A stretch of 64,000 bases of DNA, from NCBI GenBank assembly GCA_022820625.1, contig JAJEFE010000077.1:20768-84767 (forward strand), read 5' to 3'. The position numbers and the translations under genes were made by a program. This DNA is from Gammaproteobacteria bacterium (GTDB lineage Bacteria; Pseudomonadota; Gammaproteobacteria; Steroidobacterales; Rariloculaceae). Positions 8,533-17,116 of this stretch are shown piece after piece. The first letter of the stretch is position 1; every line of letters begins with the position of its first letter. Under the pieces are notes generated by a model, which was given only the letters and a program-made list of their open reading frames with translations, made no database searches and was not told the DNA's origin.

Positions 8533-9732
8533 TCAGTGGCCCGAAGCCGCGGCGAGTTCCCGTTTCCGCGACAAGGTGGACTCTCTGAGCACCGGCGGCT
8601 GGATGAGTACCAGGGTGACGGCGAGGAGGGCCGTGCACAGGGTGATGACCTGGCCGTACGTGCCGCCGGTCAGGATCGAGGCGGCGACCGCGGGTCCGGC
8701 GGCGATGCCCATCATCTGCATGGCGACCGCGTAGGTCACCTGGCGGCCGCTGCGGTCGAAGCTCGCGTGGGCGCCCAGCAGGTACGGGTGCGCGGTATTC
8801 CACAGCAGGTTGAACAGGCACGCGGCAATGACAAAGCCCATGGCCGTGCGGTAGCTGCCGAGAATCAGCAGGGAGACTATGGACCCGACCAGTGCGATGG
8901 CAAGCGGCCAGGCTCTCCCGTAGCGGCTGCCGAGCACTACGGCGATCAGGGCGCCGGCGATGCCTGCGAACTGCGACAGGGTCAGGGCGTTGGCCACCTG
9001 CTGCTCGGGAATGCCGGCGTCGCGGCCGATCAGCGACATGTAGGTCCAGATGCCGAACGTGGCGACGAAGTAGAGGAACATGGCGCCCAGCGCCATGCCG
9101 CGAAGGCTCCAGGGCAGGGTGAGGCCGTCCTCGTCGACACTGGTTTGTTGTTCGCCGCGGGTGGGCACGTTGCGAACGACCGGGAGCGCAAGACCGGCAA
9201 AGGTCGCGAAGACCAGCAGGAGCCCGACGAGGCCGGCCATTGCAAAGATCGTGGGGATGGCGAAGAAGATTACGGCTGCATAGACCATGAGGGACACGAT
9301 CAGCAGTCCGAAATTCCGGTCCGCGGCGGCCGTCAGGCCGACCACCACGTAGCACAGCGGTACGATGGTGCCGTTGGCTACGCCTGTGCAGAACCGCAGC
9401 ACGCGAAACGTCTGATAGTCGTCCACCACGGTGCAAAGCAGGTTGCCGACAATGAGCACACCCAGTGCGCCGTAGAACAGATAGCGCCAGTTGACGCGGG
9501 TGACGAGAACCATCATCAGGAGGCTCTGCACGGCCTTGCCGGTGTTCTCCGCGGCCGCCACGTAGCCCCCCTGCACGGCGCTGAATCCCAGTTGGCTGAC
9601 CATGCCGTCCACGAAGGCCGGCTGCAGGATCACCGCCTGAGGGCCCACAAGGTGCAGAAACATGAGGGACAGCAGCACCGCCACGCTGTTGACGTTGACT
9701 GTCCGGTCGGGGTTTAACAGGTTCTGCAGCAA
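8533..9732 (-). CDS. MFS transporter
   Basis: 399-aa ORF, highly hydrophobic with about 12 predicted TM segments. Divergent from the P450 operon. Confidence 0.8.
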   Translation of the reverse strand: MLQNLLNPDRTVNVNSVAVLLSLMFLHLVGPQAVILQPAFVDGMVSQLGFSAVQGGYVAAAENTGKAVQSLLMMVLVTRVNWRYLFYGALGVLIVGNLLCTVVDDYQTFRVLRFCTGVANGTIVPLCYVVVGLTAAADRNFGLLIVSLMVYAAVIFFAIPTIFAMAGLVGLLLVFATFAGLALPVVRNVPTRGEQQTSVDEDGLTLPWSLRGMALGAMFLYFVATFGIWTYMSLIGRDAGIPEQQVANALTLSQFAGIAGALIAVVLGSRYGRAWPLAIALVGSIVSLLILGSYRTAMGFVIAACLFNLLWNTAHPYLLGAHASFDRSGRQVTYAVAMQMMGIAAGPAVAASILTGGTYGQVITLCTALLAVTLVLIQPPVLRESTLSRKRELAAASGH

Positions 9733-9789
9733 GTTTTCGGTCCGGTGCGAGGTGCGGGATTGCTATCGGATCCCTTTCACTTTGGTGGA

Positions 9790-9800
9790 TTGTACTACTA
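9790..9800. promoter_or_regulatory. candidate GntR/FadR-type operator TTGTACTACTA
   Basis: Near-palindrome in the divergent MFS/P450 intergenic region. It shares the 8-mer TGTACTAC with the sites at 29717, 46269 and 59064. Confidence 0.45.
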
Positions 9801-9853
9801 TAGTTCGTCCATGCGAGCGGGTTGGTCAAGACTGCGCATCATGAACCGCAATT

Positions 9854-9864
9854 TTGTTGTACAA
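9854..9864. promoter_or_regulatory. candidate GntR/FadR-type operator TTGTTGTACAA
   Basis: TTGT-N3-ACAA, 27 nt upstream of the P450 ATG. The 10-mer TTGTTGTACA is identical to the site at 46332. Confidence 0.4.
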
Positions 9865-9890
9865 AGACGAATGACATCGGGATTACCGGC

Positions 9891-11198
9891 ATGACGGTTC
9901 AGGTAGCGCAGGACCTGCCGACGCTCTCGGAGTTGGCTGATGAGCGATTCGCGCGGGATCCGGGGTTTGCCTACCGGGCCGCCCATGCGCAGCCGGGACC
10001 CGGCCTGTTCCAAATGCCCACCGGCGACGGGCTGATCGCCACGGCCCATCGGACGCTCGCGGACCTGATGCACCATCCCGCCCTGGGCGCGCAGCACCGC
10101 CGGAAACGCCGCTCGGGCGCCGGAGCCAAGGGCGCCCTGGCCCGGATGGACAGCTACAGCCCCTTCTTCATGAACGAGCCCGCGCACACGCCCATCGCGA
10201 TCGCGACCTACCGGCCCATGAGCCCCGCGCGAAACCATCCGCTGATCGAGACGATCACACACGCCGCCGAAAAGGCCCTGGACGACATGCTAGACCGCGG
10301 CGGAGTGGTCGACCTGCGGCGGGACTATGTCCAGGTCATCGTCCGCAACTTCTGGGTCCGGTTCCTGGGACTGCCGGCGGAGGCGGCGCCGCTCCTGGAG
10401 AAATGTTCCGCCGACATATTGCCCATGTTGAAGTTCGAGAATACGCCCGGGGAGGTGGAGACCGCGAACCGCGCCGCGCAGACCATGCGGGATTACGTGG
10501 AGGTGCACCATGGGACGGTCGGGGACCCGCCGGGCGGAGATTCGCCGGGCGGAGAGTCGTCAGGCGGAGATTCAACCGGCGGAGAGTCGGCGGGCGGAGA
10601 TTCAACGGGCGAGACCTTTCTCGATCACTTCGAGTCCGTGCTTGCCGACGGCGACTGGAAGGACTTGCCAAGGAACGCCGCGACGACCGCAGCGGCGATC
10701 ACCTTCGACGGCATCGACTCCGCGGCAGGAGGCGCCGCCAACGTCATCTACACGTGCCTGAGCCACCCCGACCAATGGGCGCTGCTGGTGGAGAACCCGC
10801 GACTGGTCCATGACGCGTGGCGCGAGGCGATACGCCTTGAGCCGCCGTTTTTCGGCCTTCACCGCGGGGCATATAAGGACATCGATTACGATGGAGTTCG
10901 GATCGACGCCGGCACCAATCTTCTGATGGCGTGGGGAGCGGCCAACCGCGACCCCCGGGTCTTCGAGAATCCGCACGTTTTCGATATCCGGCGGCAGAAG
11001 CGGCGCACGCTGGGGTTCGGCGGCGGCCCGCGAATCTGCAAGGGTCGCCACCTGGCCATGCTGGAGGGCGAGATTGCGCTGCGCGTGCTGCTTGAGCGGC
11101 TCGCCTCCATCGAACTGCTGGTGGACGAGCCCGACTGGGGAGGTCCGGGCATGGTTCGCGCCATCCGGTCCATTCCGGCGCGCCTGAGCCCGAAGTGA
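9891..11198 (+). CDS. cytochrome P450
   Basis: Track ORF 9822..11198; ATG at 9891. Heme-thiolate loop FGGGPRICKGRHLA. EXXR (EAIRLEPP). Contains an internal (GG[DE]Sx) repeat insert. Confidence 0.9.
   Translation: MTVQVAQDLPTLSELADERFARDPGFAYRAAHAQPGPGLFQMPTGDGLIATAHRTLADLMHHPALGAQHRRKRRSGAGAKGALARMDSYSPFFMNEPAHTPIAIATYRPMSPARNHPLIETITHAAEKALDDMLDRGGVVDLRRDYVQVIVRNFWVRFLGLPAEAAPLLEKCSADILPMLKFENTPGEVETANRAAQTMRDYVEVHHGTVGDPPGGDSPGGESSGGDSTGGESAGGDSTGETFLDHFESVLADGDWKDLPRNAATTAAAITFDGIDSAAGGAANVIYTCLSHPDQWALLVENPRLVHDAWREAIRLEPPFFGLHRGAYKDIDYDGVRIDAGTNLLMAWGAANRDPRVFENPHVFDIRRQKRRTLGFGGGPRICKGRHLAMLEGEIALRVLLERLASIELLVDEPDWGGPGMVRAIRSIPARLSPK
10530..10613 (+). repeat. in-frame 15-bp tandem repeat (about 5.6 copies) inside the P450 gene
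   Basis: ccgggcggagattcg / ccgggcggagagtcg / tcaggcggagattca / accggcggagagtcg / gcgggcggagattca / acgggcgag, encoding PGGDSPGGESSGGDSTGGESAGGDSTGE. Confidence 0.9.
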
Positions 11199-12817
11199 CA
11201 ATCGGGGACGAATCGATGCACTTCCTTGAAGAGCCCACCGTGATCCGGAATCCCAATCCTCGCGTGCCGCTGGCCGCGGTGGTCTGTTTCCGCCCCAGCG
11301 AGCCCGGCCGAACGCGAATTGACATCCGCGATCCGGACCGCCAGTGGAGCGTGGAGTTCGGCCGCGACCGGTCGCCGGCCGAGGGGCTGCCCATTCTCGG
11401 CATGCGCCCCGACCGAGACCACGAACTTCGCGTGACGCTGATCGCCGAATCCGGCGCCGAAGTGACGGCGCCCGCACCGCTGCACTACCGTACGCCCCCC
11501 TTACCGGGTGGCTACGACTTTCCCCATGGCATCCGCATCAACCGGGACGACCGCAGCCGCCGCGAGCCGGGCGTCCTGCTGCTTTCCGTGCATCGCATAC
11601 CCAGGGGGCGGTACAACGAGTGGTCGCACGAGACAGTGGACTTCGGTTTCGGGTGGGGGATCATCGTCGCCCTGGACGCCGACAACGAAGTTTGCTGGTA
11701 CTACGAGACCGACAGCTTTCTGGAAGGCATCGACCGGCTCCGGAACGGCAATCTGATCTTCCACCGCTGGGATTTCCGCACCTTCGAGATCGACATGCTC
11801 GGCAATACCGCCAACCAGTGGTATGCGGCTCGCCGGCCCCAGGGCCCGGTCTCCGGGGCCATTGCCGTGGACACCGCCGGATTGCATCACCAGCCGAAAG
11901 AGATGCCCAACGGCAATTTCCTGATCTTCACCGCGTCATCCCGGGAAATCGACGACTACTACACGGACCAGTACAACCTGGAGGCGCCCCGGCGCAGGGC
12001 CATCGTGGTCGGCGACGGCGTGGCCGAGATGGACCGCAGCTCCGGCGAGCTGCTCTGGCGCTGGTCCGCGTTCGACCGCCTCGATCCGATGCGGATCGGC
12101 TATGGAGGTACGGACGACTACTGGGCCATGCGCGGCTTTGAAGGAGCGCTGGACTGGACCCACGGCAACGGCGCCGGCTATGACGCCCGGGACGACTCGG
12201 TAGTGGTTTCGCTACGGCACCAGGATGCCATCGTCAAGGTCGACCGAGCCAGCGGCAACATCAAGTGGATACTGGGCGAGCCGACCGGTTGGGGCGAACT
12301 CGGCGACAGGGTGCTGAAGCCCGTCAACCTGGCACGCTGGCCCTATCACGGACACAACCCTCGCCTCACCCCGGAAGGCACCATCGTGTTCTTCGACAAC
12401 GGAACCTGGGGCGCCCGCCCGCCGGAGCCGCCGGTCCCGCCCGAGAAGAATTTCAGCCGCGGCGTTGAGTACCGCGTCGACGAAGACGCCATGACCGTCG
12501 AGGAGGTCTGGGCGTCGGATACGCGCCATTCCCCAACATCCCGGCATTCCCCCGACATGGGTGACGCTCACAGGCTGCCCCAGACCGGCAACATGCTCGT
12601 GATCTGGGCGCACTGCGCGGCACCCGACACCGGACAGGTCTACAGCAACAGCGACACGAGCGGCACATTCTTCAACGAGTTCCACATGCCCTCCCTGCTG
12701 CGGGAATACGCCCGAAACGGCTCATCGGAGGTCGTATTCGAACTCGAACTGTACGATCCGGACGAAACCATCAATTGGGGCATCTACGGTGGGTTGATGA
12801 TTCCGACTCTCTATTAG
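11195..12817 (+). CDS. aryl-sulfate sulfotransferase (ASST)-like beta-propeller protein, no signal peptide
   Basis: The GTG at 11195 overlaps the P450 stop (GTGA); an alternative ATG lies at 11216. Motifs LHHQPKEMPNGN, DWTHGNG and HGHNPR are shared with the paralogs at 46455 and 59125. The N-terminus starts directly at the mature-domain position of those paralogs. Confidence 0.8.
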   Translation: MTIGDESMHFLEEPTVIRNPNPRVPLAAVVCFRPSEPGRTRIDIRDPDRQWSVEFGRDRSPAEGLPILGMRPDRDHELRVTLIAESGAEVTAPAPLHYRTPPLPGGYDFPHGIRINRDDRSRREPGVLLLSVHRIPRGRYNEWSHETVDFGFGWGIIVALDADNEVCWYYETDSFLEGIDRLRNGNLIFHRWDFRTFEIDMLGNTANQWYAARRPQGPVSGAIAVDTAGLHHQPKEMPNGNFLIFTASSREIDDYYTDQYNLEAPRRRAIVVGDGVAEMDRSSGELLWRWSAFDRLDPMRIGYGGTDDYWAMRGFEGALDWTHGNGAGYDARDDSVVVSLRHQDAIVKVDRASGNIKWILGEPTGWGELGDRVLKPVNLARWPYHGHNPRLTPEGTIVFFDNGTWGARPPEPPVPPEKNFSRGVEYRVDEDAMTVEEVWASDTRHSPTSRHSPDMGDAHRLPQTGNMLVIWAHCAAPDTGQVYSNSDTSGTFFNEFHMPSLLREYARNGSSEVVFELELYDPDETINWGIYGGLMIPTLY

Positions 12818-12829
12818 TGGAGGTTTGCA

Positions 12830-14716
12830 ATGAACATCGCCAATAGTCAGATAAAGCGCCATTCCTTCGCAGCTGTATTGGTTGCAGTGCTCGGCGTGAT
12901 TTGCACGTTCCCGCTGACAGTCCGTGCGCAGGGCAACAATATTGCAGGTCTGGAAGCAGGGACAGCCTCAACGGAACCACCCGACTACGATGCGTACGAG
13001 TGGTCCCTTCCCCGCGTTCCTGTGCTGGAGGCGCTGGACCGGGACGGGGACGGGCAGTTGGATGCCCTTGAAATAGCGGCCGCTCAGGAGTCACTCATGC
13101 CTCTTGACGCCAACGGTGACCAGTTGCTGGACAGGCGTGAACTTGGCGGCCCGGGCCCGATCCCGGGCTGGCTTCGCCTGCAAACGCCCATCAAGGTCAT
13201 CGACAAGGACGGTGACGATCAAATTGACTTTGAGGAACTGGAACAAGCCACCGCTGCGCTTCGCCGCGCCGATCTGGACGGCGACTGGGTACTGAGCAAT
13301 GCGGAACTGTACGATCGACGTGCCGTGCCCCCATCTCCGGAGGGCCTGGCGAACGTCAGGCAATTGGTCGCGATGCTGGGTCGATCGGATGTAGTCTATC
13401 CGATACTGCCCGGCGAGGACCCCCGCCAGTATGAGGCCTACATGCTCTACACGGAGTCAGGATCCGCCGGCGATACCACCATTAACGCCGGAACCAAGCT
13501 GCTGGACCCGCAGGGCAACCTGGTTCATGAATGGCCATCCGAACATGGGCCGGAAGGCGTCCATTCTCATCTCCTCCCGGATGGCAATCTCCTTCGGCAA
13601 GCGGGCATTGGGGACTTCTTCGATATGCGATCCTTTCCGGTCGCGGCCCACGGAGTCCTGGAAATCGTGGCGCCGAACGGTGAGGTTCTTTGGGAGTTCA
13701 GTCACTGTATCGAGAACAACATGTGCCTGCATCATGACTTCGCTCCCATGCCAAACGGCAACGTTCTCGTAACGGAGTACAACGCGGTACCCAGAGTGGA
13801 ACTCGAATTCCACGGTCGTACGCCGCGACGGAATGAAAGGGACGTACGCTGGTTCGAACGAATTCTGGAATTGAAACCGAACCTGGAGGATGGTTCGACC
13901 GAGATCGTGTGGATGTGGTCAGATCTTGATCATATGGTCCAGGACCAATTCCCGAACCGGCCAAACTATGGCGACATACGAGAGAACCACGATCGATTCG
14001 ACATCAACTTTCCCGGTAATGCACAGAGGCACTTCCACGCGAATGGCATCGATTACGAGCCTGAGCGGGACTTGATCGTATTCAGCAGTGTCAATCACAA
14101 CGAAATCTATATCATCGACCACAGCACCACGACAGCGGAGGCAAGAACAGGCCAGGGCGGGCGTTGCGGAAAGGGCGGGAGGATACTCTTCCGATTCGGC
14201 AACCGGGCCGTGTATGGCTACGGCGACGCTGAAAGTCAGATTCTTGGCGCTCAGCATGATCCGCACTTCATAAAGGCCGACAATCTCCCCGGGCCCGGCG
14301 ACCTGACCATTCATAACAATCGGGCTGGAACCATTCCCGGGGCTGAAGCCATTGGCGCATTTGGTCTCGGTATGTCGTATTCGTCCATCGTCGAAATTGC
14401 ATTGCCGTACGACGATAACGGCTGCTTCGAACTCGCGGAGAATGGCGACCCGTACCAGACGGAAATCGTCTGGGAGTACATCGAGGAACCGCTCGGCGCC
14501 TGGCACGGCCCATTTGCCGGAGCGGCCACCCGCGTTCCAAACGGTAATACCGTCGTCATGAATTCACAGACCAAGAGAGTGTTCGAGGTCACCCCGCAAG
14601 GTGAGCGAGTTCTGGACTTTCAATTGCCCGAAACCGGTCGACCGCAAAAGCTGCAAAAGCTCAGTCTCGATTATCCGGGACTGGTGTCGTTGCTGGAAAG
14701 CCTTGAGGCGGAGTGA
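12830..14716 (+). CDS. secreted EF-hand (x4) + arylsulfotransferase-like beta-propeller fusion protein
   Basis: GGAGG RBS lies 7 nt upstream. Signal peptide AAVLVAVLGVICTFPLTVRAQ. EF-hand loops DRDGDGQLDALE, DANGDQLLDRRE, DKDGDDQIDFEE and DLDGDWVLSNAE. The C-terminal part shares HHDF, HANGIDY, PNGNT.V and FEVTP.G with 21594..23189. Confidence 0.75.
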   Translation: MNIANSQIKRHSFAAVLVAVLGVICTFPLTVRAQGNNIAGLEAGTASTEPPDYDAYEWSLPRVPVLEALDRDGDGQLDALEIAAAQESLMPLDANGDQLLDRRELGGPGPIPGWLRLQTPIKVIDKDGDDQIDFEELEQATAALRRADLDGDWVLSNAELYDRRAVPPSPEGLANVRQLVAMLGRSDVVYPILPGEDPRQYEAYMLYTESGSAGDTTINAGTKLLDPQGNLVHEWPSEHGPEGVHSHLLPDGNLLRQAGIGDFFDMRSFPVAAHGVLEIVAPNGEVLWEFSHCIENNMCLHHDFAPMPNGNVLVTEYNAVPRVELEFHGRTPRRNERDVRWFERILELKPNLEDGSTEIVWMWSDLDHMVQDQFPNRPNYGDIRENHDRFDINFPGNAQRHFHANGIDYEPERDLIVFSSVNHNEIYIIDHSTTTAEARTGQGGRCGKGGRILFRFGNRAVYGYGDAESQILGAQHDPHFIKADNLPGPGDLTIHNNRAGTIPGAEAIGAFGLGMSYSSIVEIALPYDDNGCFELAENGDPYQTEIVWEYIEEPLGAWHGPFAGAATRVPNGNTVVMNSQTKRVFEVTPQGERVLDFQLPETGRPQKLQKLSLDYPGLVSLLESLEAE

Positions 14717-14839
14717 CCGGGGAGTCCGCTACTCAGTGCGTCTTTTGATCGGTGTTGATTGAATGGCTTCCGATTCGTCTCCTCGTTCAGGTGGCCGTGG
14801 CAGTTTAGTTGCGCATCGATGGCCAGATACGGCGCGGCG

Positions 14840-15850
14840 TCAGGCCGAGTTCAGGCCGGCGCGGTCGATTCCGCCGAGCAACTGCTCGCCGGTCTCGCTG
14901 TCCACGATCAGGTCGCCCACCCGGTCGAGGCGGCCGGGATCCTCCACGGCCCTCAACCGGGCTTCCAGCCGCCGCCCGGTGTCGGCGCCGAAACGCCGCG
15001 CGGCCAGCCGCACGAGCGCTTCGCGGCGGCCCTCGGCGATCGCTTCGCGGCGGCCTTCCGCCAACAACTCCTGCCGGTGGCGCTTCAGCCAGCGCTCGTT
15101 GTTCCTCTGCAGTATCGATTGTTCGGCCATCAGTTCCTCCAATTCTCTCTCGCGCTCCGGGTTCCAATCCGGCGGACGAGACTCCGGCGCAGTCTCGTGG
15201 AACCAGTCCAGGTAGCACTGGAACAGGCGCGCTTCGTCCTCGTCCCCGAAGTCCAGCCATCCGCGCACTTCGCCGAGAAGCCGGATGGCGTCGGCATACG
15301 ACTCCGCGAACACCAGCCGCGCCAAGGCCGCCATGCGGTTGCCACGCTTGGGATATTGCGTCGCGGGGTCGCGCAAATCAAGCCGTGCGTAGCGACGACC
15401 GGTCAGCCACGGCAGCGGATGGCCGACCGGCATCCGCACCAGGCCGCTCAGGTCGTCCGGGGAACGCCACGGCCGATGTCCCGTGTACACCACGACGACC
15501 AGCGCCGGCGGGAACCGTCCATCGGCCCCGCGCGCTTCGCCGCCGAGCGATTCGTAGAGCAGCCCGATTCGCGTCGTCGCCCGAGCCGGCATGCGCCGGT
15601 CGGGCGTGGACTGGTTCTCAATCAGAATGATCGCCGAGTCACCGCCCCTGCCTTGGGCAAGCCAGCACAGATCCGCGATGCGCTTTTCGCCGCCCGCGCC
15701 GATCAACTCGGTGGGCATCTCGCGAAGGCCGGAGGCGTCCACCGCCGCGGTCCACCCCGCGGGCAGCAGCGCGAGCAGGTCCCGCACCACGCGCGGGCGG
15801 CTCAGAATGAGCTTCATGAGGCGGTCCTGATTGTCCCGCAGCGTGTCCAT
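14840..15850 (-). CDS. Rpn-family recombination-promoting nuclease / putative transposase (YhgA-like PD-(D/E)XK) with C-terminal DUF4351-like domain
   Basis: 336 aa. N-terminal DRLMKLILSRPRVVRDLL ... ADLCWL ... ILIENQSTPDRRMPAR pattern typical of the YhgA/Rpn family. C-terminal AARRFGADTGRRLEARL... Confidence 0.75.
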   Translation of the reverse strand: MDTLRDNQDRLMKLILSRPRVVRDLLALLPAGWTAAVDASGLREMPTELIGAGGEKRIADLCWLAQGRGGDSAIILIENQSTPDRRMPARATTRIGLLYESLGGEARGADGRFPPALVVVVYTGHRPWRSPDDLSGLVRMPVGHPLPWLTGRRYARLDLRDPATQYPKRGNRMAALARLVFAESYADAIRLLGEVRGWLDFGDEDEARLFQCYLDWFHETAPESRPPDWNPERERELEELMAEQSILQRNNERWLKRHRQELLAEGRREAIAEGRREALVRLAARRFGADTGRRLEARLRAVEDPGRLDRVGDLIVDSETGEQLLGGIDRAGLNSA

Positions 15851-15931
15851 CGTCGATCATCGCCCTGTCGTGCGCATCCAGGGGATACGATAAGCCCTTC
15901 CAGGAAGCCGAAAAATCGGTAAATCCGGTGA

Positions 15932-16387
15932 CTTTGCGCGGAAACTGACGAAATTCCGGCGGGGCCGGAGCACAAGAGGCTGCGGGAGGCGTTCGCGCAG
16001 TGGTTGGGGCAGTCTTGGGCCGAAGAGTACGATTCGGAGGCGGGCGCAGACGAAGCGTTGCTCGGCGAGTTGGACCGATTGGAGGCAGCGGGAGAGGTAG
16101 AAGCGATGGGGTCACTGACGGCGGAAAGGTGGAGAGAGCGCCAGCGGAAGAAAGAGGCGCAGATCCTTGCGCAGGGACGTGCGGAAGGCCTTGAATTTCA
16201 TCGTCGCCAGCTGGCGAGTCAGGCGGCACGCCGGTTCGGCGCAGACACTGGCGAACGCATGTCGGTATTGCTGGCGGGCGTATCGGAGCAGGAGCGCCTG
16301 GCGGCAGTGGGCGATGCAATTATAGATTGCGGCACAGGCGCGGAATTGCTTGCGGCAGCGCAACGCATCGTCGGCGCAGCGAATTGA
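15932..16387 (+). pseudogene. 5'-truncated Rpn-family remnant (DUF4351-like C-terminal domain only)
   Basis: The open frame begins just after a stop at 15929..15931. It encodes ...RLREAFAQWLGQSW...QAARRFGADTGERMSVLLAGVSEQERLAAVGDAIIDCGTGAELLAA. This parallels the C-terminus of the 14840..15850 product, but no nuclease domain is present. Confidence 0.55.
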
Positions 16388-16400
16388 ATCCCGCGCCAGG

Positions 16401-16673
16401 CTACCCCAACCGGCGCTCCGGTTCGCCGCGGTGGGCCGGGGCGCCCCAGGCGATCCGCATCAACGCGTCCTCGACAAGCCGGTCGCCGGCGTTGGTGCGA
16501 ATCAGATCGATAGGGCGCAGGTCGTCAAGGGTGCGGAGTTTCTTGTGGAGCCAGCCGCTTGCCTTGTCGCACTCGAGCAGTTCGGGCCCGCCCAAGAGAG
16601 CTGCTTCTTCCGCAAGGCAGTATTCCGGTTGATCCATGACGATGCCTCCACGCATCGTCTCTAAATTAGTCAT
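16401..16673 (-). CDS. DUF2384 (MbcA/ParS/Xre-type antitoxin C-terminal domain) protein, short, no adjacent RES toxin
   Basis: Motif ...WLHKKLRTLDDLRPIDLIRTNAGDRLVEDALMRIAWG matches the toxin-binding domain of the RES-partner antitoxin family. ATG at 16673; the track ORF starts at TTG 16688. Confidence 0.5.
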   Translation of the reverse strand: MTNLETMRGGIVMDQPEYCLAEEAALLGGPELLECDKASGWLHKKLRTLDDLRPIDLIRTNAGDRLVEDALMRIAWGAPAHRGEPERRLG

Positions 16674-16712
16674 GAGTAAAGTAGACAAGGGGTGAAATTA
16701 CTCATAACAAGG

Positions 16713-16730
16713 ATGTGACCCACGTCACAT
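16713..16730. promoter_or_regulatory. perfect inverted repeat ATGTGAC-N4-GTCACAT (possible operator)
   Basis: Lies between the two antitoxin-like genes, about 40 nt upstream of the DUF2384 ORF. A second inverted repeat, TGAGTAA-N18-TTACTCA (16673..16704), overlaps its start. Confidence 0.3.
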
Positions 16731-16804
16731 CGCTTTGCGGACAGTCTCGATGCCGATGAACATTCCCAGCAGGTGCCCCGGCCTGAAAATGTTGTCGCGC
16801 CGGC

Positions 16805-17116
16805 TCAACCGCCATGCGCTACGCGTTCCCGGCGTAGCGCCATGGCGTCCCGCAGTTCGTCGGTTGGTTCGGCGGGGTTGTCAAGCGCGGAGAGCACAAC
16901 GACACGGGCTTCGGCCGACAGAACTGTTCGCTCATGATTCTCGATCGTCACTCTCGCACGCTCAAGCGCCGCGCTGGTCACGAACGTTGTTTCGTCAACG
17001 CCCAAGAGCGCTGCAGCTTGCTGAAGCTGCGCCTTGACGTGCGGTTTGGTGCGCTGTTCCATTCGGGCGGTTTTCGGCTCCTCGATGTCAGCCGCCCAAT
17101 CGCGAAATTTAAACAT
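16805..17116 (-). CDS. DUF1778 / TacA-like type II antitoxin, no adjacent GNAT toxin
   Basis: These are the last 103 codons of track ORF 16805..17950; ATG at 17116. Sequence ...RTKPHVKAQLQQAAALLGVDETTFVTSAALERARVTIENHERTVLSAEARVVVLSALDNPAEP is typical of the RHH-type DUF1778 family. Confidence 0.7.
   Translation of the reverse strand: MFKFRDWAADIEEPKTARMEQRTKPHVKAQLQQAAALLGVDETTFVTSAALERARVTIENHERTVLSAEARVVVLSALDNPAEPTDELRDAMALRRERVAHGG

Noticed and set aside
10530-10613. Tandem 15-bp repeats considered as a CRISPR-like or intergenic repeat array.
   Set aside because: The units are contiguous with no spacers, in frame, and lie inside the P450 gene. It is a coding microsatellite, not a CRISPR array.
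16004-16400. Search for RES-domain or GNAT toxin genes partnering the DUF2384 and DUF1778 antitoxin-like ORFs.
   Set aside because: No ORF on either strand between 15.9 and 17.2 kb has toxin-like motifs. The only ORFs present are the Rpn remnant and low-complexity shadow ORFs.
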